A stretch of 64,000 bases of DNA, taken from positions 11,504 to 75,503 of the forward strand of contig CAYUYR010000007.1 of the NCBI GenBank assembly GCA_964449435.1, in the 5' to 3' direction. A model generated the notes under the pieces. The model did no database searches. It was not told the DNA's origin and was given only the letters and a program-made list of their open reading frames with translations. The position numbers and the translations under genes are program-made. The stretch's first letter is position 1; every line of letters begins with the position of its first letter. The stretch is from an uncultured Planctomycetaceae bacterium (GTDB lineage Bacteria; Planctomycetota; Phycisphaerae; Sedimentisphaerales; UBA12454). Positions 20,041 through 29,411 of the stretch are shown one piece after another.

Positions 20041-20724
20041 GTGAATAAAAAATTGATAATAATGATAGCAGCGGCCGGACTAATAAGTTTTGCGGGAATG
20101 TTCGTATTTGGTTTGCTTACCCAAAAAACGGCTTCGGATGCTCAGCAGGCCGCCGCAGGGCAGGCAACATCGGCCCAAGAGGACAGTCTTAAACTGATGC
20201 AGACTCAAATGCTGGCGGGCATCGGTGGCGCAGCCGAGGGCAGAATAAAAACGGCTATGACGGAAAAACAGCTCAAAGAGCTTATTTACGAAGTCCGCGA
20301 GAAGATTAGAGAATACGACAACAAGCTGCAGGAACTTTCAGCGCGGGAGCAAAAACTGCAAACAACACAGGAAATGTTGAAAAAAGATATACAGGAGATG
20401 GACAATCTGCGAATCGAACTTGCTTCGACGATTACTACAATCAAAAGTGAGCAGGATAAGCTGCAAAAGAGCAGAATCGAGATTTCCAATGTCGAAAAGA
20501 ATAATCTCGTATCGATAGCGGCCACTTATGACAAGATGGATGCGGCTCAGGCGGGCAAGATATTATCGACTATGAATAAGGCCAAAAACAATGATGCTGT
20601 GAAAATTCTTTATTATATGTCTGACAGGACCAAAGCCAAGATATTGGCTTCTGTTGCCGAGACGGAACCTTCGATATCGGCGGAGTTCAGTCAAAGATTA
20701 AAACAAATAACAGAAAAAGAATAA
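20041..20724 (+). CDS. MotE/YlxF-like flagellar protein (N-terminal TM, coiled coil, MgtE_N-like C-terminus)
   Basis: 227 aa. C-terminal IAATYDKMDAAQAGKILSTMNKAKNNDAVKILYYMSDRTKAKILASV resembles the MgtE-N/MotE repeat. Lies between fliJ and motA. GTG start with SD AAGGAG. Confidence 0.5.
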   Translation: MNKKLIIMIAAAGLISFAGMFVFGLLTQKTASDAQQAAAGQATSAQEDSLKLMQTQMLAGIGGAAEGRIKTAMTEKQLKELIYEVREKIREYDNKLQELSAREQKLQTTQEMLKKDIQEMDNLRIELASTITTIKSEQDKLQKSRIEISNVEKNNLVSIAATYDKMDAAQAGKILSTMNKAKNNDAVKILYYMSDRTKAKILASVAETEPSISAEFSQRLKQITEKE

Positions 20725-20727
20725 ACG

Positions 20728-21498
20728 ATGGATATAGCGACAATAGTAGGCGTAATAGCAGGTCTTATAGTTATAACCAGTGCAATTCTTGCGGGCGGCG
20801 GCGCCAAAATATTTGTCGATATTCCGTCGCTGGCAATTACGATGGGCGGGATGTTATGTGCGACGCTTATTCATTTTTCGCTGCCGCAATTTTTAGGTAT
20901 ATTTAGCATAGTAAAAAAAACAATAGTAACCAAAGTGCCGTCGCCGTCGGAATTGATTAAAAAGATGGTTAATTACGCCGCTATCAACAGGCGAGATGGA
21001 ACATTAGCATTGGAGAAAGAGCTTCATTCTGTATCTAATCCCTTTTTTCTTAAGGGGCTGCAGATGCTTATTGACGGACAGGAGGCGGATAAAATCCGTG
21101 ACCATTTGGAGCTTGAGATTCAATATCTTCAGGACCGTCATTCGACCGGCAAAAAAATACTCGAATTTATGGGCGCTGCCGCCCCTGCTTTCGGGATGAT
21201 AGGTACGCTTATCGGTTTAGTTCAAATGCTGCGGAATCTTGATTCGCCTGACAGTATCGGTGCAGGAATGGCAGTTGCCTTGATAACTACTTTTTACGGC
21301 GCTTTTGCGGCAAACCTGATTTTAATTCCGCTGGCGGGCAAGTTGGGTATTTATTCCAAGGCCGAGGTAACAGCGATGGAAATGATTACGGAAGGGATAT
21401 GCGCAATCTCACAAGGAGAGAATCCGACCGCGGTACGGGAAAAGATGCAGGCGTTTGTTTCTCACGGCAAACGCGAAGAGGTAAAGGTAAGCATTTAA
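20728..21498 (+). CDS. motA: flagellar stator protein MotA/PomA
   Basis: 256 aa, 4 TM. AAPAFGMIGTLIGLVQML and ALITTFYGAFAANLILIPLAGKL are MotA/ExbB/TolQ channel motifs. Confidence 0.9.
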   Translation: MDIATIVGVIAGLIVITSAILAGGGAKIFVDIPSLAITMGGMLCATLIHFSLPQFLGIFSIVKKTIVTKVPSPSELIKKMVNYAAINRRDGTLALEKELHSVSNPFFLKGLQMLIDGQEADKIRDHLELEIQYLQDRHSTGKKILEFMGAAAPAFGMIGTLIGLVQMLRNLDSPDSIGAGMAVALITTFYGAFAANLILIPLAGKLGIYSKAEVTAMEMITEGICAISQGENPTAVREKMQAFVSHGKREEVKVSI

Positions 21499-22212
21499 AT
21501 GGGGCGAAGAAAGAAACAAGCCGAAGCCGAAAGTGAGCCGGGGGCGCCGGAATGGATGGTAACGTTCAGCGATTGTATGACGCTGCTGCTGACCTTTTTT
21601 GTGCTTATGCTTAGCTTTTCATCGTTCGATGATAAAGCCGTTCGTATGTGGAAAAAGATTTTCGAGAGGCAGTTTTCTTTCGATGAAAAAAGCACCATTG
21701 AAAAAGACGCATTAATACCAACTAATATAGTTCAGGAAACCAGTGAAAATCTTGAAAAAGGCAGTGAAAAACCGACCCTCGAAAGAGGTACCCAGGAAAA
21801 TCTTGTAAAAGACACGGAACCTACGGACTTCCGCAATCGAAAAATATTTTTAATCTCATCTGATGAAATTTTCTACGGCAAAGGAGCGCTTATTTCACTC
21901 GAAGGACGAAGAATCCTCGCTGTGATGGCGTCATTTTTAAGGGAAATGCCTGCTGTCAGGATAGTTGTCAGCGAAAACGGCCAGGACGACGCGAAAAACA
22001 AACGTCTGGGGCTGAATCGCGGCTGGGCTGTTATGGAATATATGACAAAAAAGCAGTCTCTTGACAAACAGCAGTTCAGTATCGCAGCGGCAAGCACGAC
22101 AAAGGCAGAGGTCGATGCAAATCCGGCAAATGACGAATTGCAGGATATAGAAGATACGAAAGCCGAACGTATGCTTGAAATTGTTTTGCTCGAAAGGAGT
22201 ATTTATAATTGA
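21499..22212 (+). CDS. motB: flagellar stator protein MotB paralog 1 (OmpA-like C-terminus)
   Basis: 237 aa. PEWMVTFSDCMTLLLTFFVLML holds the conserved channel Asp (D25) in the single TM. C-terminal IVVSENGQDD...NRGWAVMEYM is OmpA-like. Confidence 0.85.
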   Translation: MGRRKKQAEAESEPGAPEWMVTFSDCMTLLLTFFVLMLSFSSFDDKAVRMWKKIFERQFSFDEKSTIEKDALIPTNIVQETSENLEKGSEKPTLERGTQENLVKDTEPTDFRNRKIFLISSDEIFYGKGALISLEGRRILAVMASFLREMPAVRIVVSENGQDDAKNKRLGLNRGWAVMEYMTKKQSLDKQQFSIAAASTTKAEVDANPANDELQDIEDTKAERMLEIVLLERSIYN

Positions 22213-22937
22213 GCCGCAAGTCAGCGCCACAGGAGAATCCGGCGTCAGTGCCGGCTTATATCGTTACCTTTTCGGATATGGTAACGCTGCTGCTGACATT
22301 TTTTGTATTGCTTATATCGCTTGCAAAAATGCAGGACCCTGAAAAATTTAATGCCGGCCGTGACTCATTTGTACGGCATATAAATACTATGGGGCTCGGT
22401 ATGCTTTTCGGCAAAAAAATGACGCCGGATTTCAGCGATGTGAAAATCAAATACCGTATAAACAATGAAAATGAGGAACTTGTTGTCAGAACCATAGACG
22501 CGAAAGAAGAGAACCTTCGGCGGATTTTTCAAAAAATCAACCGTTCCATGGAAACGGCACGTTCTCAAATAGTTGGAAAAAAAGCCGATTTTTCGGTTAC
22601 TGATATCAGTTTTTTGCCGGGCGAGGCGCAGTTGAATGAATCGGCGAAGAAATTTCTGACACAGTTTGCTATGAATTTGCCGCAGGACGCCAAGTCGGGA
22701 AAGATTAAACTTTATGTACTGGGTCTTGCCCGCGACGAACATACTGAAAAGAAACAATGGACATTGTCGGCTATGCGGGCCGAAGCGGTTACGGATTTTC
22801 TCAGACAAGCCCTGCCGCAGCATCTCCGAAATAATGTTTATTCCTGGGGAGCAGGGCCGGGAGGCTGCTGGGTCGCAAGCGATGCTCCGATGTCGGAACA
22901 GTCGCAAATATTAATCGCGGTTCTTAGAGAAAATTAG
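22209..22937 (+). CDS. motB: flagellar stator protein MotB paralog 2 (OmpA-like C-terminus)
   Basis: 242 aa. PAYIVTFSDMVTLLLTFFVLLI (Asp D23). C-terminal FLPGEAQLNESAKKFL...LSAMRAEAVTDFL is OmpA-like. TTG start, SD AAGGAG 9 nt upstream, 4-nt overlap with paralog 1. Confidence 0.8.
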   Translation: MSRKSAPQENPASVPAYIVTFSDMVTLLLTFFVLLISLAKMQDPEKFNAGRDSFVRHINTMGLGMLFGKKMTPDFSDVKIKYRINNENEELVVRTIDAKEENLRRIFQKINRSMETARSQIVGKKADFSVTDISFLPGEAQLNESAKKFLTQFAMNLPQDAKSGKIKLYVLGLARDEHTEKKQWTLSAMRAEAVTDFLRQALPQHLRNNVYSWGAGPGGCWVASDAPMSEQSQILIAVLREN

Positions 22938-23046
22938 TCAAAAAGCGCTCATAACCCCGTCAATTTTTTCGACATTCTGTAAGTTTTTCCCCTCATTTTT
23001 ATGCAAAAATAGCGGTTTTTAGGCTGTTAGAGCCTGTTTTAATGTT

Positions 23047-23063
23047 TCGGCACACAGTTTGCT
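23047..23063 (+). promoter_or_regulatory. sigma54 promoter of the fliOPQR-flhB operon
   Basis: tCGGCAC-acagt-TTGCT with GG/GC spacing exactly as in the consensus, 37 nt upstream of the fliO ATG. Confidence 0.7.
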
Positions 23064-23099
23064 ACTAATGATAATGGTTAGTCTAACAGGTGTATAACT

Positions 23100-23570
23100 A
23101 TGGAATTACATAAGAGAAAACCAAGGGTGTTTTTGGCGGTAATTTTGCTGTGCGGCATTGCTGCATTCGCATATCTTGCTCAGGCTGGCACGGGTGAAAA
23201 TGTAAAGGCGCTTGCCGGCGAATCAGTCTCTCCGAGCAATAATCCGCCGACTCTTACCGCAGGAACAAGCGATAATCTGAATACAAGCAGACTGTTTTAC
23301 AAAATGATGTTTATGGTTTTGCTGGTTGTTGCCCTTGGCGCAGCGGCAATTTATCTGTCTAAAAGACTTCTGCCGAAATTAAACCTGCCGGGCAAAATGA
23401 TTCAGGTTTCCGAAACCGTTCATATCGGGCCTCGCAGAGCAATCCATTTAATAAAAGTAGGGAAACAGACGCTTCTTATCGGCAGTACAAACGACAATAT
23501 TACCAAATTAGCGGATTTAACAGGCCTGTCCGAAACAGATTTAACGGCAGACCAGAAAGATAACAATTGA
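23100..23570 (+). CDS. fliO: flagellar biosynthesis protein FliO
   Basis: 156 aa. Internal TM then IQVSETVHIGPRRAIHLIKVGKQTLLIGSTNDNITKL (FliO signature). Precedes fliP. Confidence 0.75.
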   Translation: MELHKRKPRVFLAVILLCGIAAFAYLAQAGTGENVKALAGESVSPSNNPPTLTAGTSDNLNTSRLFYKMMFMVLLVVALGAAAIYLSKRLLPKLNLPGKMIQVSETVHIGPRRAIHLIKVGKQTLLIGSTNDNITKLADLTGLSETDLTADQKDNN

Positions 23571-23578
23571 GGTCTATA

Positions 23579-24373
23579 ATGTCAGCAAGACCTGTTGGGA
23601 TATTTTTTTTAGCCTTTATTATTTTGTCGGTAAACAGCTGTTTGTTTGGTCAGGACAGCAATTCGACGTCAGGCTCGCTTCCGAGCATTAACGACCTTGC
23701 CACAATAATAGATAAGACAACCGCCGATGACGATGCCGCCGGCAAAGAGTGGTCAACGCCCGTCAAATTGGTAATCATTTTCAGCGGCCTGGCGATTTTG
23801 CCGAGCCTGCTGGTAATGATGACCTCTTTTACTCGTATAGTTATTGTATTATCCTTTGTCCGTAAGGCATTAGGTACTCAAACGATACCGCCGACTATCG
23901 CCATTATAGGTTTGGCATTGTTTCTAACGCTTTTCACAATGGCGCCCACGTTTTCCAATATTAACGAAAACAGCGTTAAGCCGTATTTAGCGGACCAGAT
24001 TGATTTCGAAATGGCAGGCAGCAGGGCGGGCGATGCTATTAAGGAGTTTATGCTTCGCCAGTGCAGACAATCCGATTTGGCGCTTTTTGTTCAAATGGCG
24101 AAGATGGAAACGCCGAGCGACCCGAGAGATATTGGTATGCACGTGGTTATACCGGCCTTTATCATTAGCGAATTTCGTACGGCTTTTGAAATAGGCTGTT
24201 TATTGTTTATTCCGTTTTTGGTGGTTGACCTTGTTATAGCCAGCGTTCTGCTCAGCGCCGGTATGATGATGCTGCCGCCTGTAATGATTTCACTGCCCTT
24301 TAAACTGATATTATTTATTCTTGTTGACGGGTGGGGATTGTTGGCCAAGAGCCTCGGTCTGGGATTTAATTAG
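23579..24373 (+). CDS. fliP: flagellar export gate protein FliP
   Basis: LVMMTSFTRIVIVLSFVRKALGTQTIPP...FIISEFRTAFEIGCLLFIPFLVVDLVIASVLLSAGMMMLPP. ATG 23579 is preceded by GAGG (track start TTG 23567). Confidence 0.95.
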   Translation: MSARPVGIFFLAFIILSVNSCLFGQDSNSTSGSLPSINDLATIIDKTTADDDAAGKEWSTPVKLVIIFSGLAILPSLLVMMTSFTRIVIVLSFVRKALGTQTIPPTIAIIGLALFLTLFTMAPTFSNINENSVKPYLADQIDFEMAGSRAGDAIKEFMLRQCRQSDLALFVQMAKMETPSDPRDIGMHVVIPAFIISEFRTAFEIGCLLFIPFLVVDLVIASVLLSAGMMMLPPVMISLPFKLILFILVDGWGLLAKSLGLGFN

Positions 24374-24404
24374 AGTATTAAGTTTTTTATAAGGATTTGA
24401 ATAA

Positions 24405-24674
24405 ATGGACAGCAGTTTTGTTATTTATCTCGGACGGCAAACACTCGAGGTGTGTTTATTCGTAGCTGCTCCTATTTTGCTGACCTGTATAATTGTCGGA
24501 GTCGTTATAACGCTGTTTCAGGCGGTTACATCCATACGCGATATGTCATTGACAGTGGCTCCAAAACTTATTGCCGTGGGATTTGTTACGCTGATGTTCG
24601 GCAGCTGGATGCTCGGTATGCTGCTTAAATTTACGAACGAAATTTTCGGCTATATCCAGAGTATCGGGCGATAA
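24405..24674 (+). CDS. fliQ: flagellar export gate protein FliQ
   Basis: 89 aa, two TM, GVVITLFQAVTSIRDMSLTVAPKLIAV. Confidence 0.9.
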   Translation: MDSSFVIYLGRQTLEVCLFVAAPILLTCIIVGVVITLFQAVTSIRDMSLTVAPKLIAVGFVTLMFGSWMLGMLLKFTNEIFGYIQSIGR

Positions 24675-24677
24675 TTT

Positions 24678-25430
24678 ATGGAGCTGATGATAGTTAAACT
24701 GCTCGGATTCGTATTAGTGCTGACTCGGATATCGGCATTTTTTTTAGTGGCGCCTGTTTTCAGGGCCGAAGCCGTGCCGGTCAGAATCAAGGTTGCGATT
24801 ATATTTTTACTTTCCATTTTTTTTGCCGCCGTTACTCCGGCCGCCGCTGCCGCCGAGCAAATTTCCTCGTTTGAAGCGATACTTCTGATAAGTCAGGAGG
24901 CAATTTACGGTTTTGCACTCGGATTAGTTGCTATTTTTATATTTTTAGCAGTCAAAATAAGCGGACAAATTGTCGAACGGGAGATGGGTCTGGTTATGTC
25001 CGAGACTTTTGACCCGATGAGCGGCGAAGGTTCGGATTCGCTGAGCATACTTGTTGAAATGGTTTTTATACTTCTTTTCCTCAGCGCAAACGGTCATCAT
25101 TTGCTGCTGTTAATCATTTCACGAAGTTATGAGGCGTTTCCTGCCGGCAGTATCCCGACAATACCGGTTTTGGTCGAAGGGGTGGCTAAATCCGGTTCGA
25201 TAATGCTCATCGCAGGCTTAAGACTGGCTGCGCCGCTGCTGGCCGGGTTTTTGCTGCTGCTGATTGTGCTGGCGGTGTTCGCCCGAATGATACCGGATAT
25301 GGATATTTTGTTTATCAGTATGCCGCTGCGTGTCGGATTGGGATTACTGATGGCAGGCATATTATTTCCGTTTATCAATGAATTTACGGCTGAATTCGCC
25401 GACTGGATGAATAAATTAGTGCCTCTTTAA
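24678..25430 (+). CDS. fliR: flagellar export gate protein FliR
   Basis: 250 aa polytopic membrane protein following fliQ. VLTRISAFFLVAPVF N-terminal motif. Confidence 0.9.
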   Translation: MELMIVKLLGFVLVLTRISAFFLVAPVFRAEAVPVRIKVAIIFLLSIFFAAVTPAAAAAEQISSFEAILLISQEAIYGFALGLVAIFIFLAVKISGQIVEREMGLVMSETFDPMSGEGSDSLSILVEMVFILLFLSANGHHLLLLIISRSYEAFPAGSIPTIPVLVEGVAKSGSIMLIAGLRLAAPLLAGFLLLLIVLAVFARMIPDMDILFISMPLRVGLGLLMAGILFPFINEFTAEFADWMNKLVPL

Positions 25431-25490
25431 TTGTTCGTCGATGAACTATAAATTTTATTGCGATTTACAGGTTTAAAACAGGAATAAATT

Positions 25491-26561
25491 GTGGCAGAGA
25501 AACCGGCATCAGAAAGAACGGAACGGCCGACGCCGAGACGGCTCGAAAAAGCAAGAAAGGAAGGACAGGTTGCGCACAGCGAGGAACTGCCGGCCGCTGC
25601 TTCGGTTATAATGCTTGTTCTGGTTTTGGCGTTATTTTCGCCGACTCTGCTTCAATGGTTTACTCTGCAGATGAAGCAGGGGATGTCCTGTCAGGCCGGT
25701 GTTTTTACCGACAGCAGCACATTTATAAATTTTTTCAATGAAAAAGTCATAGGCGTAATATTTATTCTATGTCCGATTTTAGCGGCACTTTTCGCAAGCG
25801 CCGTCTTTTCCTGTGTTGCCGTAAGCGGTTTTAATTTCGCACCGAAGGCCGTGAGCCTGAAATTCGACCAGATAAATCCTGTAAAGGGCTTCGGCAGAAT
25901 CTTCAGCGTCAAATCCCTCGTAAAACTGGGCATTTCCATAGCGAAATTTCTTTTCATTTCAATTATCGTCTGGCGTTATCTTCAAGGCAGAATCGAGGAG
26001 ATTGCCGCTATTCGATGGGCGTGGACCGGACAAATATTAACGGCTATCGCTCAGATGATATTCGGAATGATGGCTCGCATTTGTGCGGCGCTGCTGGTTA
26101 TAGCGGTTATCGATGTCGCATTTCAGAAATGGAAATATATCAAAGATTTAAGAATGACAAAACAGGAAGTAAAACAGGACCGCAAAGATACCGACGGCTC
26201 GCCTGAGGTTAAATCCCGTATTCGCCGGATTCAGATGGAAATGTCCAAAAAGCGAATGCTGCAGGAAGTTCCCAAGGCGAATATTGTTCTTGTGAACCCG
26301 ACGCACGTAGCTGTTGCGCTTCGTTATGATGCCAAGACGATGGATGCCCCGATTATGGTAGCTAAAGGCGCCGACCATTTGGCCGAGAAAATCAGAGAAA
26401 TCGCCCGCGCTTACGGGGTGCCTGTTGTGAGAAAGCCTGAACTGGCGAGGACAATTTATTCGACGGTGAAAAAACCCGGCGACAGTATTCCGCAGTCGCT
26501 GTATGCCGCTGTGGCGGAAATTTTGGCTATGATTTACAGACTGCGGCAAAGAAGAGCTTAA
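25491..26561 (+). CDS. flhB: flagellar export switch protein FlhB
   Basis: 356 aa. N-terminal EKPASERTERPTPRRLEKARKEGQV, and autocleavage motif NPTH in IVLVNPTHVAVALRYD. GTG start. Confidence 0.95.
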   Translation: MAEKPASERTERPTPRRLEKARKEGQVAHSEELPAAASVIMLVLVLALFSPTLLQWFTLQMKQGMSCQAGVFTDSSTFINFFNEKVIGVIFILCPILAALFASAVFSCVAVSGFNFAPKAVSLKFDQINPVKGFGRIFSVKSLVKLGISIAKFLFISIIVWRYLQGRIEEIAAIRWAWTGQILTAIAQMIFGMMARICAALLVIAVIDVAFQKWKYIKDLRMTKQEVKQDRKDTDGSPEVKSRIRRIQMEMSKKRMLQEVPKANIVLVNPTHVAVALRYDAKTMDAPIMVAKGADHLAEKIREIARAYGVPVVRKPELARTIYSTVKKPGDSIPQSLYAAVAEILAMIYRLRQRRA

Positions 26562-26580
26562 AAAGTTTATTCGATTGTGC

Positions 26581-28965
26581 CTACGAGTTGTAATACATCG
26601 CACTTAACTGGCCGACGGTCGCCATCTGCTGCTGCAGCATAGTCATTATTTTTTCAAGGCGTGCATATTTATCGACAAGTCTTGCTTTATATGCTGTGAG
26701 CCGTCTTTCCTCGTTCTCGATTTTCTTTTCCATCGCCGTTATTTTATCGTCAAGGGCGCTTTTGCTTATATCAAGTCTGCTGTTGGTTTTAAGCGTCGTA
26801 CCGATGAATTCGTCGAGTGCGCCGATAATGCCTTGTTTGACAGACAGTGTTGAAGTGTAAGTGCCTTCGGATTGAGTCAAATCGACGGTAAACTGGAGGC
26901 CGTGTTCCGGATAAACGGGATCGCCTTTGTCGTCGAAAAGCATTTCTCCGGTTACAAGGTTGTCGTTCCAGGTGCTGTTGGTTCGGAATTCGGATTCGGT
27001 GGAAAGTTTAATTCTGACGCCTGTTATTTGATGGCTGTCGTTTATATCTACCTCGATATCGTAAGTGCCTGCAGTTGTGTATTTTTCGCTGGAAGCGTAA
27101 AATTCGACCACACCGCTTTCATTATTGCTGGTTTTGTTGGCGCCGAGCAGTGAAAGAACACCGTTAAAGTTTTCTTTCACAGCATCGCTGAATATGCTCG
27201 TATCGAATTCCATCATTCCGCTGCCGTCTATGGTAATACCTATGTCGGATGCCTGAACAAAGCTGTCTATGGAGTCTATAAAGCCGGCCGCTGTTCCGAT
27301 AAACGGGTCGCGTGATTGAGATTTGATAAATGAAATACCCATATCAGTGCTTAATACGCCCAGCCTTTTTGTCTCGCTGTCATATTCGGTATAGGTCTTT
27401 AACTCCGTAATTAGACTGTTATAAGCGGAAACTACGGCTTGAACCGATTGTGAAACCGTAGATGTATTTTCGCTGATGGTTATTTTTACTGGATTGTTAG
27501 TCTCTGTAACATCTTTGAGAGTTAATGTTACACCGCTCAACGCATCGGAAATACTATTGCTGTTTCTTTGCAGATAGCCGTTATTGCCTCTGGTATATTC
27601 CGTAAATATTGCAGAACTTTCGCCGGAAAATGAAAGGCTGGTCGTATCAATCGAGAGCATTCGGACATCGCCTGCTGTGCTTTCAAATGTAAAGCTGGTG
27701 TAGCCTGCACTGCTCTCATCGAGCCGGTCTTCTCCGACAGTAATACCGCTGATGCCTGCGGCTTCGAGAGCGGCTTCTATGTTTGTGGTACTTTCATTAT
27801 AATTTATGTTTGCTGTGGTTATGCCGTTATATGTGAGGCGGAAAGTACCTCCGGTTGCGACCGAACCGAGAGTTAATCTTTGCTCTTCGGCGGTTGAAGA
27901 AGATGGATAACCGTTTATCTTGATTTGAGAGCTTTGGGCGGCTTGAGTCTGGCTGAAAGAACCGAGCGACAAGATTGTCGGAGTCCCGCCGCCTTCGGTT
28001 GAGACAGCCATTGTCGGCAGAGCCAAATCCGTGTCGCCTACACCGGCATCGTAAGATAAGCTGATTTCCAGACTGCTTGTATCTGAAAGGTGGTCGGTTA
28101 CGACTATCTGTCCGTTCACAAATCTTGCGGTTGCTACGCCGTCAAATTGCTCATTAATCGCATCGATAATATGACCTACGGTTGTATTTGCCGTAATCTC
28201 GAGTTCCTTATCTGCGAGGTCAACGCCGAAATGATTTTTACCGCTGATTATAATCTTTTCTCCACCCTGAAGTCCGCCGTTGAGAGTGAACTGATTAAGC
28301 GCGGTAATTTTCGTAGTGAGGCTGGCATTAGAGCCGCTGCTGGTAGTCAGGCTTGTCGCGGCTTTCCATACCTCTGTATATTTCGAATCAACGGATATCT
28401 GATAATCTTCGCCCGCATTACGGCCGCTTAACATCAGGTGATATTTGCCGTTATGGGAAAGAAGACTGGCGGAAACGCCAGGATTGTTGGTGTCGTTATT
28501 TATCAGGTTGACAAGGTCCTGAAGCGTAGTTTCGTTAGCAACAGTATTTATAGCTCTTGTTTGATGGTTATATGTGTATATAAATGTTCCGCCGCCTACA
28601 TAATCGGTTTTATAGCTGAAAGCTGATTCATCCTGTATCCATGTTTCAGTTGTTGCCAGCTGATTTATCTCGACTGAATGAGAACCGGCATTCGCATCTG
28701 ACGATGCAGAGACGGTAAGTTTATCGGAGTCGCTGGTGCTCGAATTAAAAATGGTCATGTTCTTGACATCAGCCAAAGCATTTGTTGCTGTGTTAAGATC
28801 TGATAGTTTGCTGCGTACCGTATCCATCGCGGTTTTCTGAGTGATATAACTGCTTTTCTTTGTGTTATATGTCGCGAGTCTTCGGCTCTCGACATTCATC
28901 AGCTGCGTAATAAGAGAGGTAGTATCAAGTCCCGTCGTCAAGCCCGGCAGTGTAATCGTTGCCAT
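26581..28965 (-). CDS. fliD: flagellar filament cap protein FliD (enlarged, 794 aa)
   Basis: N-terminal LPGLTTGLDTTSLITQLMNVESRRL and C-terminal LDDKITAMEKKIENEERRLTAYKARLVDKYARLEKIMTMLQQQ are FliD signatures. Large inserted central region. Confidence 0.9.
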   Translation of the reverse strand: MATITLPGLTTGLDTTSLITQLMNVESRRLATYNTKKSSYITQKTAMDTVRSKLSDLNTATNALADVKNMTIFNSSTSDSDKLTVSASSDANAGSHSVEINQLATTETWIQDESAFSYKTDYVGGGTFIYTYNHQTRAINTVANETTLQDLVNLINNDTNNPGVSASLLSHNGKYHLMLSGRNAGEDYQISVDSKYTEVWKAATSLTTSSGSNASLTTKITALNQFTLNGGLQGGEKIIISGKNHFGVDLADKELEITANTTVGHIIDAINEQFDGVATARFVNGQIVVTDHLSDTSSLEISLSYDAGVGDTDLALPTMAVSTEGGGTPTILSLGSFSQTQAAQSSQIKINGYPSSSTAEEQRLTLGSVATGGTFRLTYNGITTANINYNESTTNIEAALEAAGISGITVGEDRLDESSAGYTSFTFESTAGDVRMLSIDTTSLSFSGESSAIFTEYTRGNNGYLQRNSNSISDALSGVTLTLKDVTETNNPVKITISENTSTVSQSVQAVVSAYNSLITELKTYTEYDSETKRLGVLSTDMGISFIKSQSRDPFIGTAAGFIDSIDSFVQASDIGITIDGSGMMEFDTSIFSDAVKENFNGVLSLLGANKTSNNESGVVEFYASSEKYTTAGTYDIEVDINDSHQITGVRIKLSTESEFRTNSTWNDNLVTGEMLFDDKGDPVYPEHGLQFTVDLTQSEGTYTSTLSVKQGIIGALDEFIGTTLKTNSRLDISKSALDDKITAMEKKIENEERRLTAYKARLVDKYARLEKIMTMLQQQMATVGQLSAMYYNS

Positions 28966-29048
28966 TTTTTACCTCTTTACTTTAACTTGTTTGTATACTG
29001 TAGCCAAAACATCTTGTTTGGCTGTAATCCTTATTTTTCCTATCGCTA

Positions 29049-29075
29049 TTATCGAACAAGACCATCATAAACTTA
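29049..29075 (-). promoter_or_regulatory. sigma28 (FliA) promoter of fliD
   Basis: Minus-strand TAAGTTTA-N11-TTCGATAA versus consensus TAAAGTTT-N11-GCCGATAA. Sits in the 125-nt gap upstream of fliD. Confidence 0.7.
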
Positions 29076-29090
29076 AATGTCAAATTGTAA

Positions 29091-29411
29091 TTAACCGCTG
29101 TTGCGATATGCGCTTAGGATTTTTCGGACGTTGTCAACCTGTTTCTGGTGTTCTTTGACAGAATTTTGTTCGGCAGCGAGCATTAATTCGAGTTTTCCAT
29201 ATAATTTAAGCAAATTTTTGCGCCGTTTTTCAAAATCAGGACTGTCCGGCGGCTCTATTTTGGCTAATTCTTCAATGGCAGAGCCGGCTTGTTCTGATAA
29301 CAGTTCAACCCGGCTGTAATTGCCTTTGCGAGCCATTTCAATTTGTTTTTCGAGCAGACTTTCGAGATTATCTAATAGACGGCTTTGTTCGACTGAATTC
29401 ACGGTAATCAA
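29091..29411 (-). CDS. small helical protein, possible flagellar export chaperone (FliT/FlgN-like by size, charge and position only)
   Basis: 106 aa, all-helical/coiled-coil, immediately upstream of fliD. No motif I can name. Confidence 0.3.
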   Translation of the reverse strand: MITVNSVEQSRLLDNLESLLEKQIEMARKGNYSRVELLSEQAGSAIEELAKIEPPDSPDFEKRRKNLLKLYGKLELMLAAEQNSVKEHQKQVDNVRKILSAYRNSG

